DNA of 64,000 bases, from positions 160,001-224,000 of the forward strand of contig CBFIGY010000002.1 of the NCBI GenBank assembly GCA_965662235.1, read 5' to 3'. Position 1 is the first letter of the stretch. Every line of letters starts with the position of its first letter. The stretch comes from an uncultured bacterium (GTDB lineage Bacteria; SAR324; NAC60-12). Under the pieces are notes generated by a model. The model was not told the DNA's origin and did not search any database. It saw only the letters and a list, made by a program, of their open reading frames with translations. Of the stretch, positions 30,583 through 39,727 are shown piece by piece. A program made the position numbers and the translations under genes.

Positions 30583-30645
30583 GCCTCTTCTCCATGAGGT
30601 AAAGGTACCGTTCCATGGCGCGCTTGTGTTTCACAGAGAAGAGGC
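30583..30645 (-). promoter_or_regulatory. Conserved structured leader (long stem with apical AUGGA)
   Basis: GCCUCUUCUCUGUGA...AGCGCGCCAUGGAACGGUACCU...UCAUGGAGAAGAGGC; homolog at 33474-33537. Confidence 0.7.
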
Positions 30646-30670
30646 GAAGCCTTTTACAGACTCAACCATT

Positions 30671-30717
30671 CTCCGGACAGCCTCTTTGAGCATCCATGTC
30701 TCAAGAGGGTTCCGGAG
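30671..30717 (-). promoter_or_regulatory. Additional AUGGA-loop hairpin
   Basis: CUCCGGA..CCUCUUGAG-ACAUGGAUG-CUCAAAGAGG...UCCGGAG. Confidence 0.55.
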
Positions 30718-31873
30718 CGATCAAATGAACCTCGGCTAAGAAGGCTCACTAAAGATTTTAGGGACACCTTGGTCCCAGAAAACCAGAGCAATGGAGTGCT
30801 CGGTCTTCTTGAAAAAACTCCATTTCCCTAGAGTCTTTTCGAGAAAACTGAGAGCACATGATTCTGGAAGAATCGTTTCTCTTGGGTACGTTTCTCCCTT
30901 CCACACACCTTATTTTAGGTTTTTTGAAGAATTCCTTTTCCTAAGGAAACAGGCTGCTTTTAAAATCGAAAAATTCCCGAAAAACGTCTTCTTTTTCAAA
31001 GGGATTTCCCCCTTCTTCCAAAAGTCTTCACCAAATTCAGATCACCGTCTCAGCCCGATCAGCGTTCGTTTTCACTGGGTTCAGTGAAACCTAGAGCCCT
31101 CGAAGGGTTCTCCCGATTGCTAGAACGTTTCCCCTCTTTTCTGAAGCGAATTTTTGAGCCTGTGCTCCAGCTCCTTCCAGAGCCTTGGAGGAATTTTTCC
31201 AAGGACTTTTTTCGGAGTTTTCTTTCTGAAGCCTTTCAGAAGATGCAGGGCTCCGCTCGCTTTTCCAGTGACAGACGCTGGAGCCCTTCCTAGTCGCAAG
31301 AAGCTTCTTTGTCAGGAAACTTGGGAGCGTCAGAAAGTCCGGGCCCGTCAAGGGGAAACTCCGCAGGCCTGCTCCTGTTCCTCACGCTGACGGTCCTCAG
31401 GAAGAAGGGTCTTCTTGCTGAGAAAGCGAGGTCCGAGTCTTTGGGACTTCAGCCCAGAATTAGGGACTTCGCGCTTCCTAAGAGGAAGGTTGAGCAAGCG
31501 GAGAAGGAGCATCCGGGAACGCTTCTCCCAAACGTGCTTTTGTGCTTGAAGCCCCGCTGGTGGCAAGGGTTTGAGGACTCCATAGGAAATTCCGAAGAGC
31601 CCCCTCAAGCGTCTGCTGACAGCCAGGGAAGCACACGTGCCGAGAAGGAGGCATTCGTGCGGACGGTGTGTTGTCAAAGATCAGGCGGTTCTGCTTCCCG
31701 CTTCCCAGGGAAGAGCGCGTGGTACTGCTCCTTTTCTGTGCTAGGAAGATCGGTCTTCCGTCACAAAAAAAGAGAGGAGGGCTTTCGACCATTCTGGCCG
31801 TCAGTTCCCCAATTCCGCCTCCCTCAAGAGACCGAACTGGAGCACCGCGTGGCGCGTCCGGACAACCGGTGGG

Positions 31874-31906
31874 GGAGCGAGGAACCCCCGCAGAGGTTCT
31901 CGCTCC
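31874..31906 (-). terminator. Strong hairpin downstream of the 302-aa flagellin
   Basis: Forward GGAGCGAGGAACC-N8-GGTTCTCGCTCC, about 30 nt after the stop codon. Confidence 0.5.
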
Positions 31907-31935
31907 TTCCCGGTCCTGCCGGAGGAAGCTCCGGA

Positions 31936-32844
31936 TTAGGCGTTCAGCAGGCGCAGCACGTTTTGCGGCAGCGCGTTGGCCTGGGCCAGTTGAGCCGTTG
32001 CCGACTGGGTCATGATCTGGTTCCGCGTGAACTGAGCCATCTCAGCCGCCATGTCGGTGTCACGGATCACCGACTCAGATGCCGTCAGGTTCTCCTGTGC
32101 AATGCGGAGGCTGTTGAGGTTGCTTTCCAGAGTGTTCTTCTGGAAGGCACCCAGCTCACCCCGTGTAGACGCCACCTGCTCAATGGCCGCGTCAACGAGG
32201 TTGATGGTGTCCTGAGCTCCTTGGGTGGAGGTCACGTCCACGTCTGCCAGAGAGGCAAATCCGCTGCTATTCTGCGTCGGGTTGATCGTCTTGACCGGCT
32301 GTCCTCCGGAACGGTCGATCTTGACATCAAAGCCCAGCTTGGTGGTGTTCATGCTCGGCATGTCTACCTTGACGGTCTGTCCAGAGTTAGCCCCCACCTG
32401 AAAAACCAGCTGCGGGTTGCTGCCGTCAAGCAGGTTCTTGCGAGCGTACTGGGTCGTGTTCGAAATCCGGTCAATGGCGGCCAGTGCGTTTTCGATCTCC
32501 TGCTGGGAAGCTTCCCGCATGGCTTCGTCGTTGACGCCTTCGTTGGCTGCGGCCACCGCCTGCTGACGGATGTCCACCAGCAACCGACCCACTTCGTTCA
32601 GAGCACCTTCTGCCGTCTGGACCATGGTCACGCCGGCTTCGTTGTTCCGGGTCGCTTGCTCCAAACCTGCAATCTGAGCCCGCATGTACTCCGAGACGAC
32701 CAAAGACGCAGGACCGTCTGCCGCCTTGTTGATCTTCATTCCGGAAGACAAGCGCTCCAAGCTGTCGCTGGTGGCTTCGGTGTTCTTCATCAGGTTGCGG
32801 TGAGCGTTGATGGCACTGGTGTTGTTGTTGATGCGAAGAGACAT
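31936..32844 (-). CDS. fliC: Flagellin (302 aa), close paralog of 28981-29895
   Basis: Start MSLRINNN at 32844; full flagellin N- and C-terminal motifs. Confidence 0.97.
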   Translation of the reverse strand: MSLRINNNTSAINAHRNLMKNTEATSDSLERLSSGMKINKAADGPASLVVSEYMRAQIAGLEQATRNNEAGVTMVQTAEGALNEVGRLLVDIRQQAVAAANEGVNDEAMREASQQEIENALAAIDRISNTTQYARKNLLDGSNPQLVFQVGANSGQTVKVDMPSMNTTKLGFDVKIDRSGGQPVKTINPTQNSSGFASLADVDVTSTQGAQDTINLVDAAIEQVASTRGELGAFQKNTLESNLNSLRIAQENLTASESVIRDTDMAAEMAQFTRNQIMTQSATAQLAQANALPQNVLRLLNA

Positions 32845-32896
32845 AGGAACCTTTTTCGGTAAAAAACCTTCTATTAACAATCCTTCATGGATGGAA

Positions 32897-33067
32897 GGTA
32901 ACTCACTCCATGAGTTACCGGTCACTAGACGGGGGCTTCTTTTAAGAAGTGGCCACAACCGGAGCCTGGATCAATCCTTTTGACTCCGCCCCTGTTCTGA
33001 AACATGTGGCGATTCTTCAAGATGACCATCCTGGTCATCAAGGAAAGACCGTCGTCCATGACAGTCC
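32897..33067 (-). promoter_or_regulatory. Three GGA-loop hairpins in flagellin leader (candidate CsrA sites)
   Basis: GGACUGUC-AUGGAC-GACGGUCU (33046-67), GAUGACC-AGGAU-GGUCAUC (33021-39), GGUAACUCA-UGGAG-UGAGUUACC (32897-919). Confidence 0.7.
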
Positions 33068-33113
33068 TCCCCTTCAAAAAACGGGAACGGGTTAAACCGG
33101 AACCGAGGCTGCC

Positions 33114-33449
33114 TCAGCAGCGAGTGGTGGCCAGCAGTTGCCGAAGCGCCTGGGCCGCCTGCTCCAGACGGAGCTGTTCCTGTTTCCTCTGTTCCTGAAG
33201 AAAGGCGTCCAGCTCCTCTCCCGCCAGTGTGAGGGGAACCACTTGGGCCTCCTTCACCAAACGGGTGGGCTGTTGCCGACTTCGGCGCAACCGGAGCGAA
33301 AGTCCGGAGCCTGTAAAACGATCAATGGTCTGGAGGGCCTCCTGAATCGCTGCAGACTCAGAATCCTGAAGACTCTGTGCATCTGCGGTTTCGCCCAAAG
33401 ACGATTCACGGAACTCCAGCTCCGAGAAGTTTGGGGAATCTTGCCACAT
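33114..33449 (-). CDS. Hypothetical 111-aa protein, paralog of 30201-30554, directly upstream of flagellin
   Basis: Start MWQDSP preceded by AAAGGAG RBS; motifs shared with the paralog. Confidence 0.8.
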   Translation of the reverse strand: MWQDSPNFSELEFRESSLGETADAQSLQDSESAAIQEALQTIDRFTGSGLSLRLRRSRQQPTRLVKEAQVVPLTLAGEELDAFLQEQRKQEQLRLEQAAQALRQLLATTRC

Positions 33450-33473
33450 GGCGTCTCCTTTCAGGTTACAGAA

Positions 33474-33537
33474 GCCCTTCTCCTGGAAGACAGAAGGTAC
33501 CGGGTCCATGGCGCGCTAAGCTCCCATGGAGAAGGGC
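33474..33537 (-). promoter_or_regulatory. Conserved structured leader, second copy
   Basis: GCCCUUCUCCAUGGGAG...AGCGCGCCAUGGACCCGGUACCU...CUUCCAGGAGAAGGGC. Confidence 0.7.
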
Positions 33538-33985
33538 AATACAAAACAGTCGCTTACAGAAGAGTCTCCTTGAACCAACACGTCCCTTGGAAACAAACCA
33601 AGGGGCCGTTTCAGGAAAAGCAAGGCGAGGTTCTCCGGCGGTTTGCCAGAGCACGGCCTCTTCTGAAAAAATCTCTTGGGCTTCTTGATTCCCAACCTCA
33701 CACCGCATTGGTGCAATTGAAGACAGGGTAAAGAACGCCCCGACGCTTTCGTCCTCGCTCCCTCCTAGAGGGAGGGATAGACGAAGGCCCGACACCTGCG
33801 GTTTGGACAGGTCGGACGCATCCAGAATCTGGATGACTCCGTTCAGCCGGCCTAGACGGCACACGACTTCAGGTCGCACTGACGTCTACACAGGCCCAAC
33901 TTTTCCTCATTCAGAACGCCTCAAGCTTCGCGGGGAAGGGTTCTGTGGACCCACTTGGGCCCAGACCTTCCTGAGGCTTCAGGGG

Positions 33986-34316
33986 CCCACTTCGTCCCGG
34001 TTAGTCGCCTTCACGACAAGTCAGCTCAGGAAGGCAGACTCTCTTTTCACGGGAGTCAGACCCACTTCGCCCCGGTTGACCTCCCTCGGAACAAGGGGAC
34101 GCAGAAAGGCCCGTTTCTCCTTCTGGGAGAACAAAGCCCCCCACGTCGATTCCGGGAGGACAAAGCCCCCCTTCGCCCGGCAAACTGCTGGGGATTTCCC
34201 GAAAAAATTCTGCCGGAAGGTCGAGGCTCCGCGGCATGGAGTTCCCCCACAAACGGTATCCCAGTACCGTTTCGAGTCAGTCGAGGCTCCGCGGCATGGA
34301 GTTCTCCCCACAACGG
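33986..34316. repeat. Three successive direct-repeat pairs in non-coding DNA
   Basis: CCCACTTCGYCCCGGTT (33986, 34061); TTCYGGGAGRACAAAGCCCCCC (34121, 34150); GTCGAGGCTCCGCGGCATGGAGTTC (34220, 34280). Confidence 0.8.
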
Positions 34317-35313
34317 CGGTTCATCCCGGAACCCATGTCGGCGCACTGTCAAAGCTCCCAGGTTGGAATGATCCCGGAAACCCAGACTGGGCTGGATGGA
34401 GAACCCCAAGTAGCAACCCCGGTTTTCCCGAAAGAACACTCCTCCAGTCCTCAGGCGAAAGACGCCTCGGACCTCCCGATGGAGTTCGGCTTGAGCCCCT
34501 GACGGTTGGAATTCGCCCCGCTCCGCACACTCTGCGAACAGAGAACGGCGGACTCCGGCTGGGCGCACCAAGGCGCGCTTCTGCACGGCAGACGACTTCC
34601 CAACAGACCACCGTGAGGCCATGGAAACAGAGCCCGCCAGCAAAGGCTTCGGCGTGGCACCGTTCCTCGGTAGGCCCTCTGCTCCGCTCATTCGGCATTG
34701 ACCGAGAGCAGGTAGAGGCACCTTGCCGACTTTCCTATCGGAGAAGGATTCCCGAGCCTCAGCCGTGTGCTCCCCAGGAAAAGGCTTTTTCAGGACGCAG
34801 GAATCCCGGAAAGGCTCTTGAATGAGAAGATCCTTTTCGGCCTGCCCCGTCCGGAAGGCCGATGCATCCAAGGCACAAGCGTGCCTAGAGCGCAAGGAAG
34901 CTTCCGAAGCCATTCCCCGAGGACTCGTGATGCGTGAGAACAGGTCTCCTGAGTGAGAGTACAGGCGGTTCTGTCGCAGCATCCCACGGGTTGAGATCAC
35001 TGGATCTCCAGCCGAAGGGAGCTTTCGCCAATCCGTCAGATTCTCACTCACATGAAGCGGCATAAGCCTTCTCCAAGTCGGTTCCAGAAGTAGGGGTTCC
35101 GGGGGGTCCCGGAACCATCCTCACAAAACAGGGCGCAGCGCAACGCAAGGGGGACTCAGCCTCCTTCGGTGTGCGGCTCCCTGTTCCCAGAGGGGACCAT
35201 CGGATTCCATTCCGACGCCTTCAGAGTTCCGTATGAGGGTTGGGTAGAGATTCAGTTGTCAAAGAGCACATGGGCGACCTCCGGTGAGGGAGTGAGAGGG
35301 TCCATGACCCCTC

Positions 35314-36330
35314 TCAGGAAGCAGCAGTCGCTTGACAGAAAACGCCCTGTCCAGCGCTCCACCGCCAGTCGTGTTCAGGATGAAGGTGGACTCCTCCGAT
35401 CCAGTAGTCGTGTGCCTGCACCGCCAGCCAGTCGACCTGATCCCTCAGGACCGCCCAGCCCAGCTCCGTCAGCGAGGCCTGGAACTGCCGAAACGTCTCA
35501 TCCGGAAACGGTTCTCGGGGCACCGTGTAGAACGGCTCCGGCCCGGTCAGGTTCAGGAGAGGGAATTCAGCAGTTCCCAGAAGCGCAATCTGCCGCCAGA
35601 ACGACGCGTCTCCCATGAAACGGACGGGTTCTTGAGCCTGTGTGACTCGGAACAGGTCCACCACTCGATGGGTCCCTGCGGCAACGGCCTGCACAATCAG
35701 GTGTTGCGTCCGGGAAAGCCCTGTCTGGGCATCTGGATACTCCTGAGCAAAACGGAGCAAGCCATCCCGGAGAAAGGGCAGGGCCGTGAGGTCCTGTCGC
35801 AGAAAGCGACTGAATCGTTGAGGAGACGGCGCGGTCACGCACCGCCACCCTTCTTGTCCAAGAGCATGCTGCTCCCGCGTCAAAGCCTTCCGTTGCTGAA
35901 AGGCCTGCAGGAGCGCTGATTCCGAGGTCGAGCTTCCCAGATAATCCGCTAGGAAGACCACCGAAAGTGCTTTCAAAGAGCCGACTTCCCGACTCACTCC
36001 GCTTGGAGGTGCCGGAAGCATTGGGAGGATCTGCAGCAACTGAAGCTGGTCGTAGAGCTCAAAGCTGTTCCAGATCACCACTTCTTCTTCTGAGGCCACG
36101 GCTTCCGAGAGGGTTTCGTCTCGAAGACGGAACTGTTCCCGGGCGTTCTCCTCAGAATCCCATCCGCACGCCGCCAGAAAGCGGGCGCGAGTCTCATTCA
36201 ACTGTTCCGGAGGCAAACCTCCGGGGACCGGGCCGTCATGGAGGACGTCCCGCCAACTCAAGAAGCGCCCAGGCACGCCTGCTGCGCGTAAAACCGTTTC
36301 GGCACAATCGCCGTTGATCAGGTGCAACAT
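35314..36330 (-). CDS. DUF1835-like hypothetical protein
   Basis: 'LHLINGD.A', 'WRDVLHDGPV', 'LYDQLQLLQIL', 'GLSRTQ', 'FMGDASFW', 'WIGGV'. Confidence 0.75.
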   Translation of the reverse strand: MLHLINGDCAETVLRAAGVPGRFLSWRDVLHDGPVPGGLPPEQLNETRARFLAACGWDSEENAREQFRLRDETLSEAVASEEEVVIWNSFELYDQLQLLQILPMLPAPPSGVSREVGSLKALSVVFLADYLGSSTSESALLQAFQQRKALTREQHALGQEGWRCVTAPSPQRFSRFLRQDLTALPFLRDGLLRFAQEYPDAQTGLSRTQHLIVQAVAAGTHRVVDLFRVTQAQEPVRFMGDASFWRQIALLGTAEFPLLNLTGPEPFYTVPREPFPDETFRQFQASLTELGWAVLRDQVDWLAVQAHDYWIGGVHLHPEHDWRWSAGQGVFCQATAAS

Positions 36331-36504
36331 GGCCTCTCTTTCACATCCGGAAAGACGGGCGTCCTTGCACAGCTGGGTGTGCCGCTCCTCCATGAGCGGC
36401 AGCGAGTCGCACGGAGGAACAGCGTTCCGGTGATCGTACGACTGCGCACGAGAGAAGGGCCTTTCAGCAGACCCCTCTTGCGGAAGAGGCTTCCGTAAAC
36501 CGCT

Positions 36505-38046
36505 TCAGGTGAAGCAGGAAGCGCTCATGAGCGGTGGCTCCTCGGGGTAGCGGACCGGGAACGGCAGGCGTTCCAGAATGTCGCGATGGAGGTCCACCCC
36601 AGGAGCGATTTCCATGAGTTCCAGAACCGGCTCACCGCGGGCTCCAGCAGACGGATTCAGGCGGAAAACTGCGCGCTCCGTCAGGTACAGGACCGGCTGC
36701 CCTCGCTCTTGGGCATACGCTCCACTGAAGGTCACCTGCTCCACTTCCGGAACCCACTTGGGAATCCCCTCTTGGACAATCCGGAGTCTTCCGGATGACA
36801 CCTCAAGCTGGGCTCCTGCTGAGAAGGTTCCCACGAAGTAAAGCGCCTTGGCGTTTTGGCTGATGTTGATGAACCCACCAGCCCCGGCCAATTTGGGACC
36901 AAACTTACTCACATTGACGTTTCCCTGGGCATCACACTGAGCCATGCCAAGGAAGGCCTGATCGAGTCCGCCCCCGTCGTAAAAATCGAACTGGTACGGC
37001 TGATCAATGATCGACTCCGGATTCGTCACTGCTCCAAAGCTCAGCCCGGAGGCAGGCAGTCCGCCAATGCCTCCCGGCTCAACTGTCATCGTGATCGCTG
37101 ACAACACCCCGTTTTCTGATGCAACGGAAGCGATGCCTTCCGGCATGCCGATCCCTAAGTTCACCACTGCCCCTGGACGCAGCTCCTGCGCCGCTCGGCG
37201 AGCGATGACCTTGCGCTCATCCAGCGCCAGCCGCGGCAGAGACGTCAAGGGACGACGGACCTCTCCGCAGTAGGCGGGATTGAAAGCTTCTAAGAGCGTC
37301 TGCGCGTGATACGCCGGGGGCGCCTCCACCACACAGTCCACCAAAATGCCCGGCACCTTCACCATCTGTGGGGAAAGCCGGTGCTGCTCGGTGATCCGCT
37401 CCACTTGCACGATGACCACGCCTCCGGAATTCCGGACCGCCTGCGCAATGGAAAGGGCTTCCAGCGTCAGGGCTTCGCGCTCCATCGTAATGTTTCCGGC
37501 CGGATCCGATGTGGTTCCTCGGATCAACGCCACCTGAAGAGGGAAAGCCGGATAGAACAGCCACTCCTGTCCCCGCAACGAGACCACTTCCACTAAGTCC
37601 TCCGTGGAGCGGTCGTTGAGTTTTCCACCCTCCAGACGCGGATCAACAAAGGTTCGGAGCCCCACATGCGTGAGCACCCCTGGTTTGTTGCCCGCAATGG
37701 CTCGGTACAGGTGCGTAATGACTCCTTGCGGAAGACAGTACGCCTCCAGTTCGCCCCGCAGGGCCATCTGTCCGAGCTTGGGGACCAATCCCCAGTGTCC
37801 GCCAACGACGCGACGCACCATGCCCGGGTGGGCAAAGTGGTTCACGCCAGCCTGCTGGCCGTCTCCCTGCCCGGCGGCATACACCACCGTTAGGTCGCGG
37901 GGAGACCCGGACGCCAAGAACTGCTCCTCAAGCCCCGTCAGTAGGTACTCGGGGGACCCCGTGGCCACAAAGCCACCGGTCACCACCGTGTCTCCGGAGC
38001 GGATGCGCTGAAGGGCTTCCTCCCGCGAGACAATTTTGGATTTCAT
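36505..38046 (-). CDS. Single-chain family I CoA transferase (YdiF/propionate CoA-transferase-like)
   Basis: 'AAGQGDG', '[10 protein letters not shown]', '[10 protein letters not shown]', '[12 protein letters not shown]', 'TERAVF'. Confidence 0.92.
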   Translation of the reverse strand: MKSKIVSREEALQRIRSGDTVVTGGFVATGSPEYLLTGLEEQFLASGSPRDLTVVYAAGQGDGQQAGVNHFAHPGMVRRVVGGHWGLVPKLGQMALRGELEAYCLPQGVITHLYRAIAGNKPGVLTHVGLRTFVDPRLEGGKLNDRSTEDLVEVVSLRGQEWLFYPAFPLQVALIRGTTSDPAGNITMEREALTLEALSIAQAVRNSGGVVIVQVERITEQHRLSPQMVKVPGILVDCVVEAPPAYHAQTLLEAFNPAYCGEVRRPLTSLPRLALDERKVIARRAAQELRPGAVVNLGIGMPEGIASVASENGVLSAITMTVEPGGIGGLPASGLSFGAVTNPESIIDQPYQFDFYDGGGLDQAFLGMAQCDAQGNVNVSKFGPKLAGAGGFINISQNAKALYFVGTFSAGAQLEVSSGRLRIVQEGIPKWVPEVEQVTFSGAYAQERGQPVLYLTERAVFRLNPSAGARGEPVLELMEIAPGVDLHRDILERLPFPVRYPEEPPLMSASCFT

Positions 38047-38289
38047 GGTGCCTTTCTAGAGAAAGCGGGATTCCATGAAAATAATATTTTTTGGAAACAC
38101 TCCCAGCACTCCAGGGAGTCCTCCTCTTCAGCAAGGAAGTTGAGAGCGTCCATGCGGGCGCATCGACTCCTGCCGCCCGTCAGGGAGCCTTTGAAGGTAC
38201 GGCACCCTGCGGTCGTTTTGATCTTTTTCGGCACTCCTCCTGCATTCTTTTCTGTCAGGAAAAGAGCAGGTCTTTTTCCTCGAGCCTCT

Positions 38290-38940
38290 TTACAAAGAGG
38301 CCGGTTCTGCTGGGACTCCGTCAGGAGCGCTGTGCTCCTTCCACAGGTACCAGCACCCGACGGTACGCCAGGGTTGCCAAGCGGTTGCTTGCTGCCGAGC
38401 GTGCGACTGCCACCCCGTCTCCGGGAAGTCGTACAAGCGGCGAAAAGCAGCACCAATGGCCGCGTCTCCGAGCGGCAACACGTCCGGACGGTTCAGTGCA
38501 AAGATGAGGTACATCTCTGCCGTCCAGCGGCCGATCCCCTTGACCTCGGTCAAGGCCGTCACCAGGTCTTCATCGCTCAAGCGATGCAACGCCTCCGTGG
38601 TCAAGCCTCCGGAGGAGAAGGCGTCTGCAAGTGCCCGGAGGTAGCGGACCTTGGACCGAGAGAGGCCCACGTTCCGGAGTACCTCATCTTCCAGAGCAAG
38701 CAAGGGCTCCGGAGTGGGCAACTCGTTGGGGAAAAGGCTACGGAACCGTGTCCGCAGCACCTTTGCCACCTTATTGGAAATCTGCTGGCCGATGATCGAA
38801 TCCGCCAGGGTGGCAAATCCACTCTCACCGGGTTCCAGCGTACAGGGCCCATGGCGCTGAATGACGGCGCCCAAGCGTGGGTCCTGCTGCTGCAGGTAAG
38901 CCTCAGCCGCAGCCCAGGGTCCTGCCAAGTCAGAGGTCAT
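38290..38940 (-). CDS. alkA: DNA-3-methyladenine glycosylase II (AlkA/HhH-GPD)
   Basis: 'SIIGQQIS', 'GLSRSK', HhH 'KGIGRWTAEM', 'PDVLP.GD', 'WQPWR'. Confidence 0.9.
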   Translation of the reverse strand: MTSDLAGPWAAAEAYLQQQDPRLGAVIQRHGPCTLEPGESGFATLADSIIGQQISNKVAKVLRTRFRSLFPNELPTPEPLLALEDEVLRNVGLSRSKVRYLRALADAFSSGGLTTEALHRLSDEDLVTALTEVKGIGRWTAEMYLIFALNRPDVLPLGDAAIGAAFRRLYDFPETGWQSHARQQATAWQPWRTVGCWYLWKEHSAPDGVPAEPASL

Positions 38941-38967
38941 GCCCGCCTCCTGGAAGGTCGGGGCTTC

Positions 38968-39681
38968 TTAAAAGTTGTACCCCACGGCAAACTGAATGAT
39001 CGAAGCATTGAGCTGGTACGTTTCGGCATACTTCTCGGCTTCGGCTTCTTTGTCCGCATCTGTGACGGAAGTCTCGCTGGAGGTCACGGTCACAGAGCCC
39101 GAGGGTTCATAAGCAGAACTGGTCCACGGCACCAGCGTGGTCAGTCCCAGGGAAAGCCCATTGCGGGCCTGCCAGTTGACTCCAAGCCCATACATGGGGA
39201 TGGAGATCGGATCGCGGGAAATCTTCACGGTCATATCTGCCGTGTAGGAGGTGTTCCCGATCGTGCGACTTCGCTTGTCAAAACGCAGGGTCTCGGTCAC
39301 CGCGTTGGCAGTGTCCATCTTCCCTACGGAGAAAAAGAAAGGCCCCCAGAAACTGAGGCGAACCTCCGTGATGGTACGGGCCTGTTCTTCATAAAGGTCA
39401 TATTCCAAACCGTCGGCGGCGGGATCGGTGTAGTGCTTCAGAGTCGTCCGATCGCCCGCAACGGCTTTTTCTGAATACGCGCCGAGCGAGCTGAACCCTA
39501 GGTAGATGGTATCGGTAAAGTGATACCCTAGGGAAACACCGCCCCCGGACTGAGTCAGCAGCTGAATTTGAATGTTGCGCTTCTCCCGTAACGGAGCCTG
39601 AGACCCCCGGTCTTCCTGAGCGTGAGCCCAAGTGCCGAGGCACAGCAGCCCCAGAAGGAGCGCAAGGAATCGTTGAGGCAT
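38968..39681 (-). CDS. Putative outer-membrane beta-barrel protein
   Basis: Signal peptide (AHA), alternating beta strands, C-terminal 'VGYNF' BAM signal. Confidence 0.7.
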   Translation of the reverse strand: MPQRFLALLLGLLCLGTWAHAQEDRGSQAPLREKRNIQIQLLTQSGGGVSLGYHFTDTIYLGFSSLGAYSEKAVAGDRTTLKHYTDPAADGLEYDLYEEQARTITEVRLSFWGPFFFSVGKMDTANAVTETLRFDKRSRTIGNTSYTADMTVKISRDPISIPMYGLGVNWQARNGLSLGLTTLVPWTSSAYEPSGSVTVTSSETSVTDADKEAEAEKYAETYQLNASIIQFAVGYNF

Positions 39682-39727
39682 CGGCCTCCTCTTCTACAAT
39701 AAAGGTGTTGCCACTGCGTGCATCCGT

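Noticed and set aside
30729..30760. TAAA...GCCGAG upstream of the first novel ORF as a sigma28 promoter
   Set aside because: Spacer is 20 nt instead of 15 and the -10 is degenerate
31333..31346. GAAAGTCCGGGC resembling the RNase P RNA 5' signature
   Set aside because: Lacks the preceding GAG and I found no 3' 'ACAGAA...CGGCTTA' partner at a suitable distance
31309..32862. 517-aa plus-strand ORF
   Set aside because: Antisense shadow of the flagellin; many similar shadow ORFs (e.g. 10496-12223, 38140-39474) were ignored for the same reason
31936..32958. Extended ORF starts from the track (32958, 33509, 57027, 59500, 50757, 20680)
   Set aside because: Downstream starts fit family N-termini, RBS or operon overlaps better; the extensions cover leader hairpins or neighbouring genes
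34074..34115. GGGACGCAGAAAGGC resembling a c-di-GMP-I riboswitch
   Set aside because: No GCAAAC element or well-paired GNRA stem, and it is on the strand opposite the flagellin cassettes
34220..34316. 60-nt-period repeat as a CRISPR array
   Set aside because: Only two copies, similarity extends into the would-be spacers, and no cas genes in the window
33803..35063. Long ORFs of 340 aa (+) and 335 aa (-)
   Set aside because: R/P/S/G-rich, no domain motifs, mutually overlapping; expected by chance in GC-rich non-coding DNA
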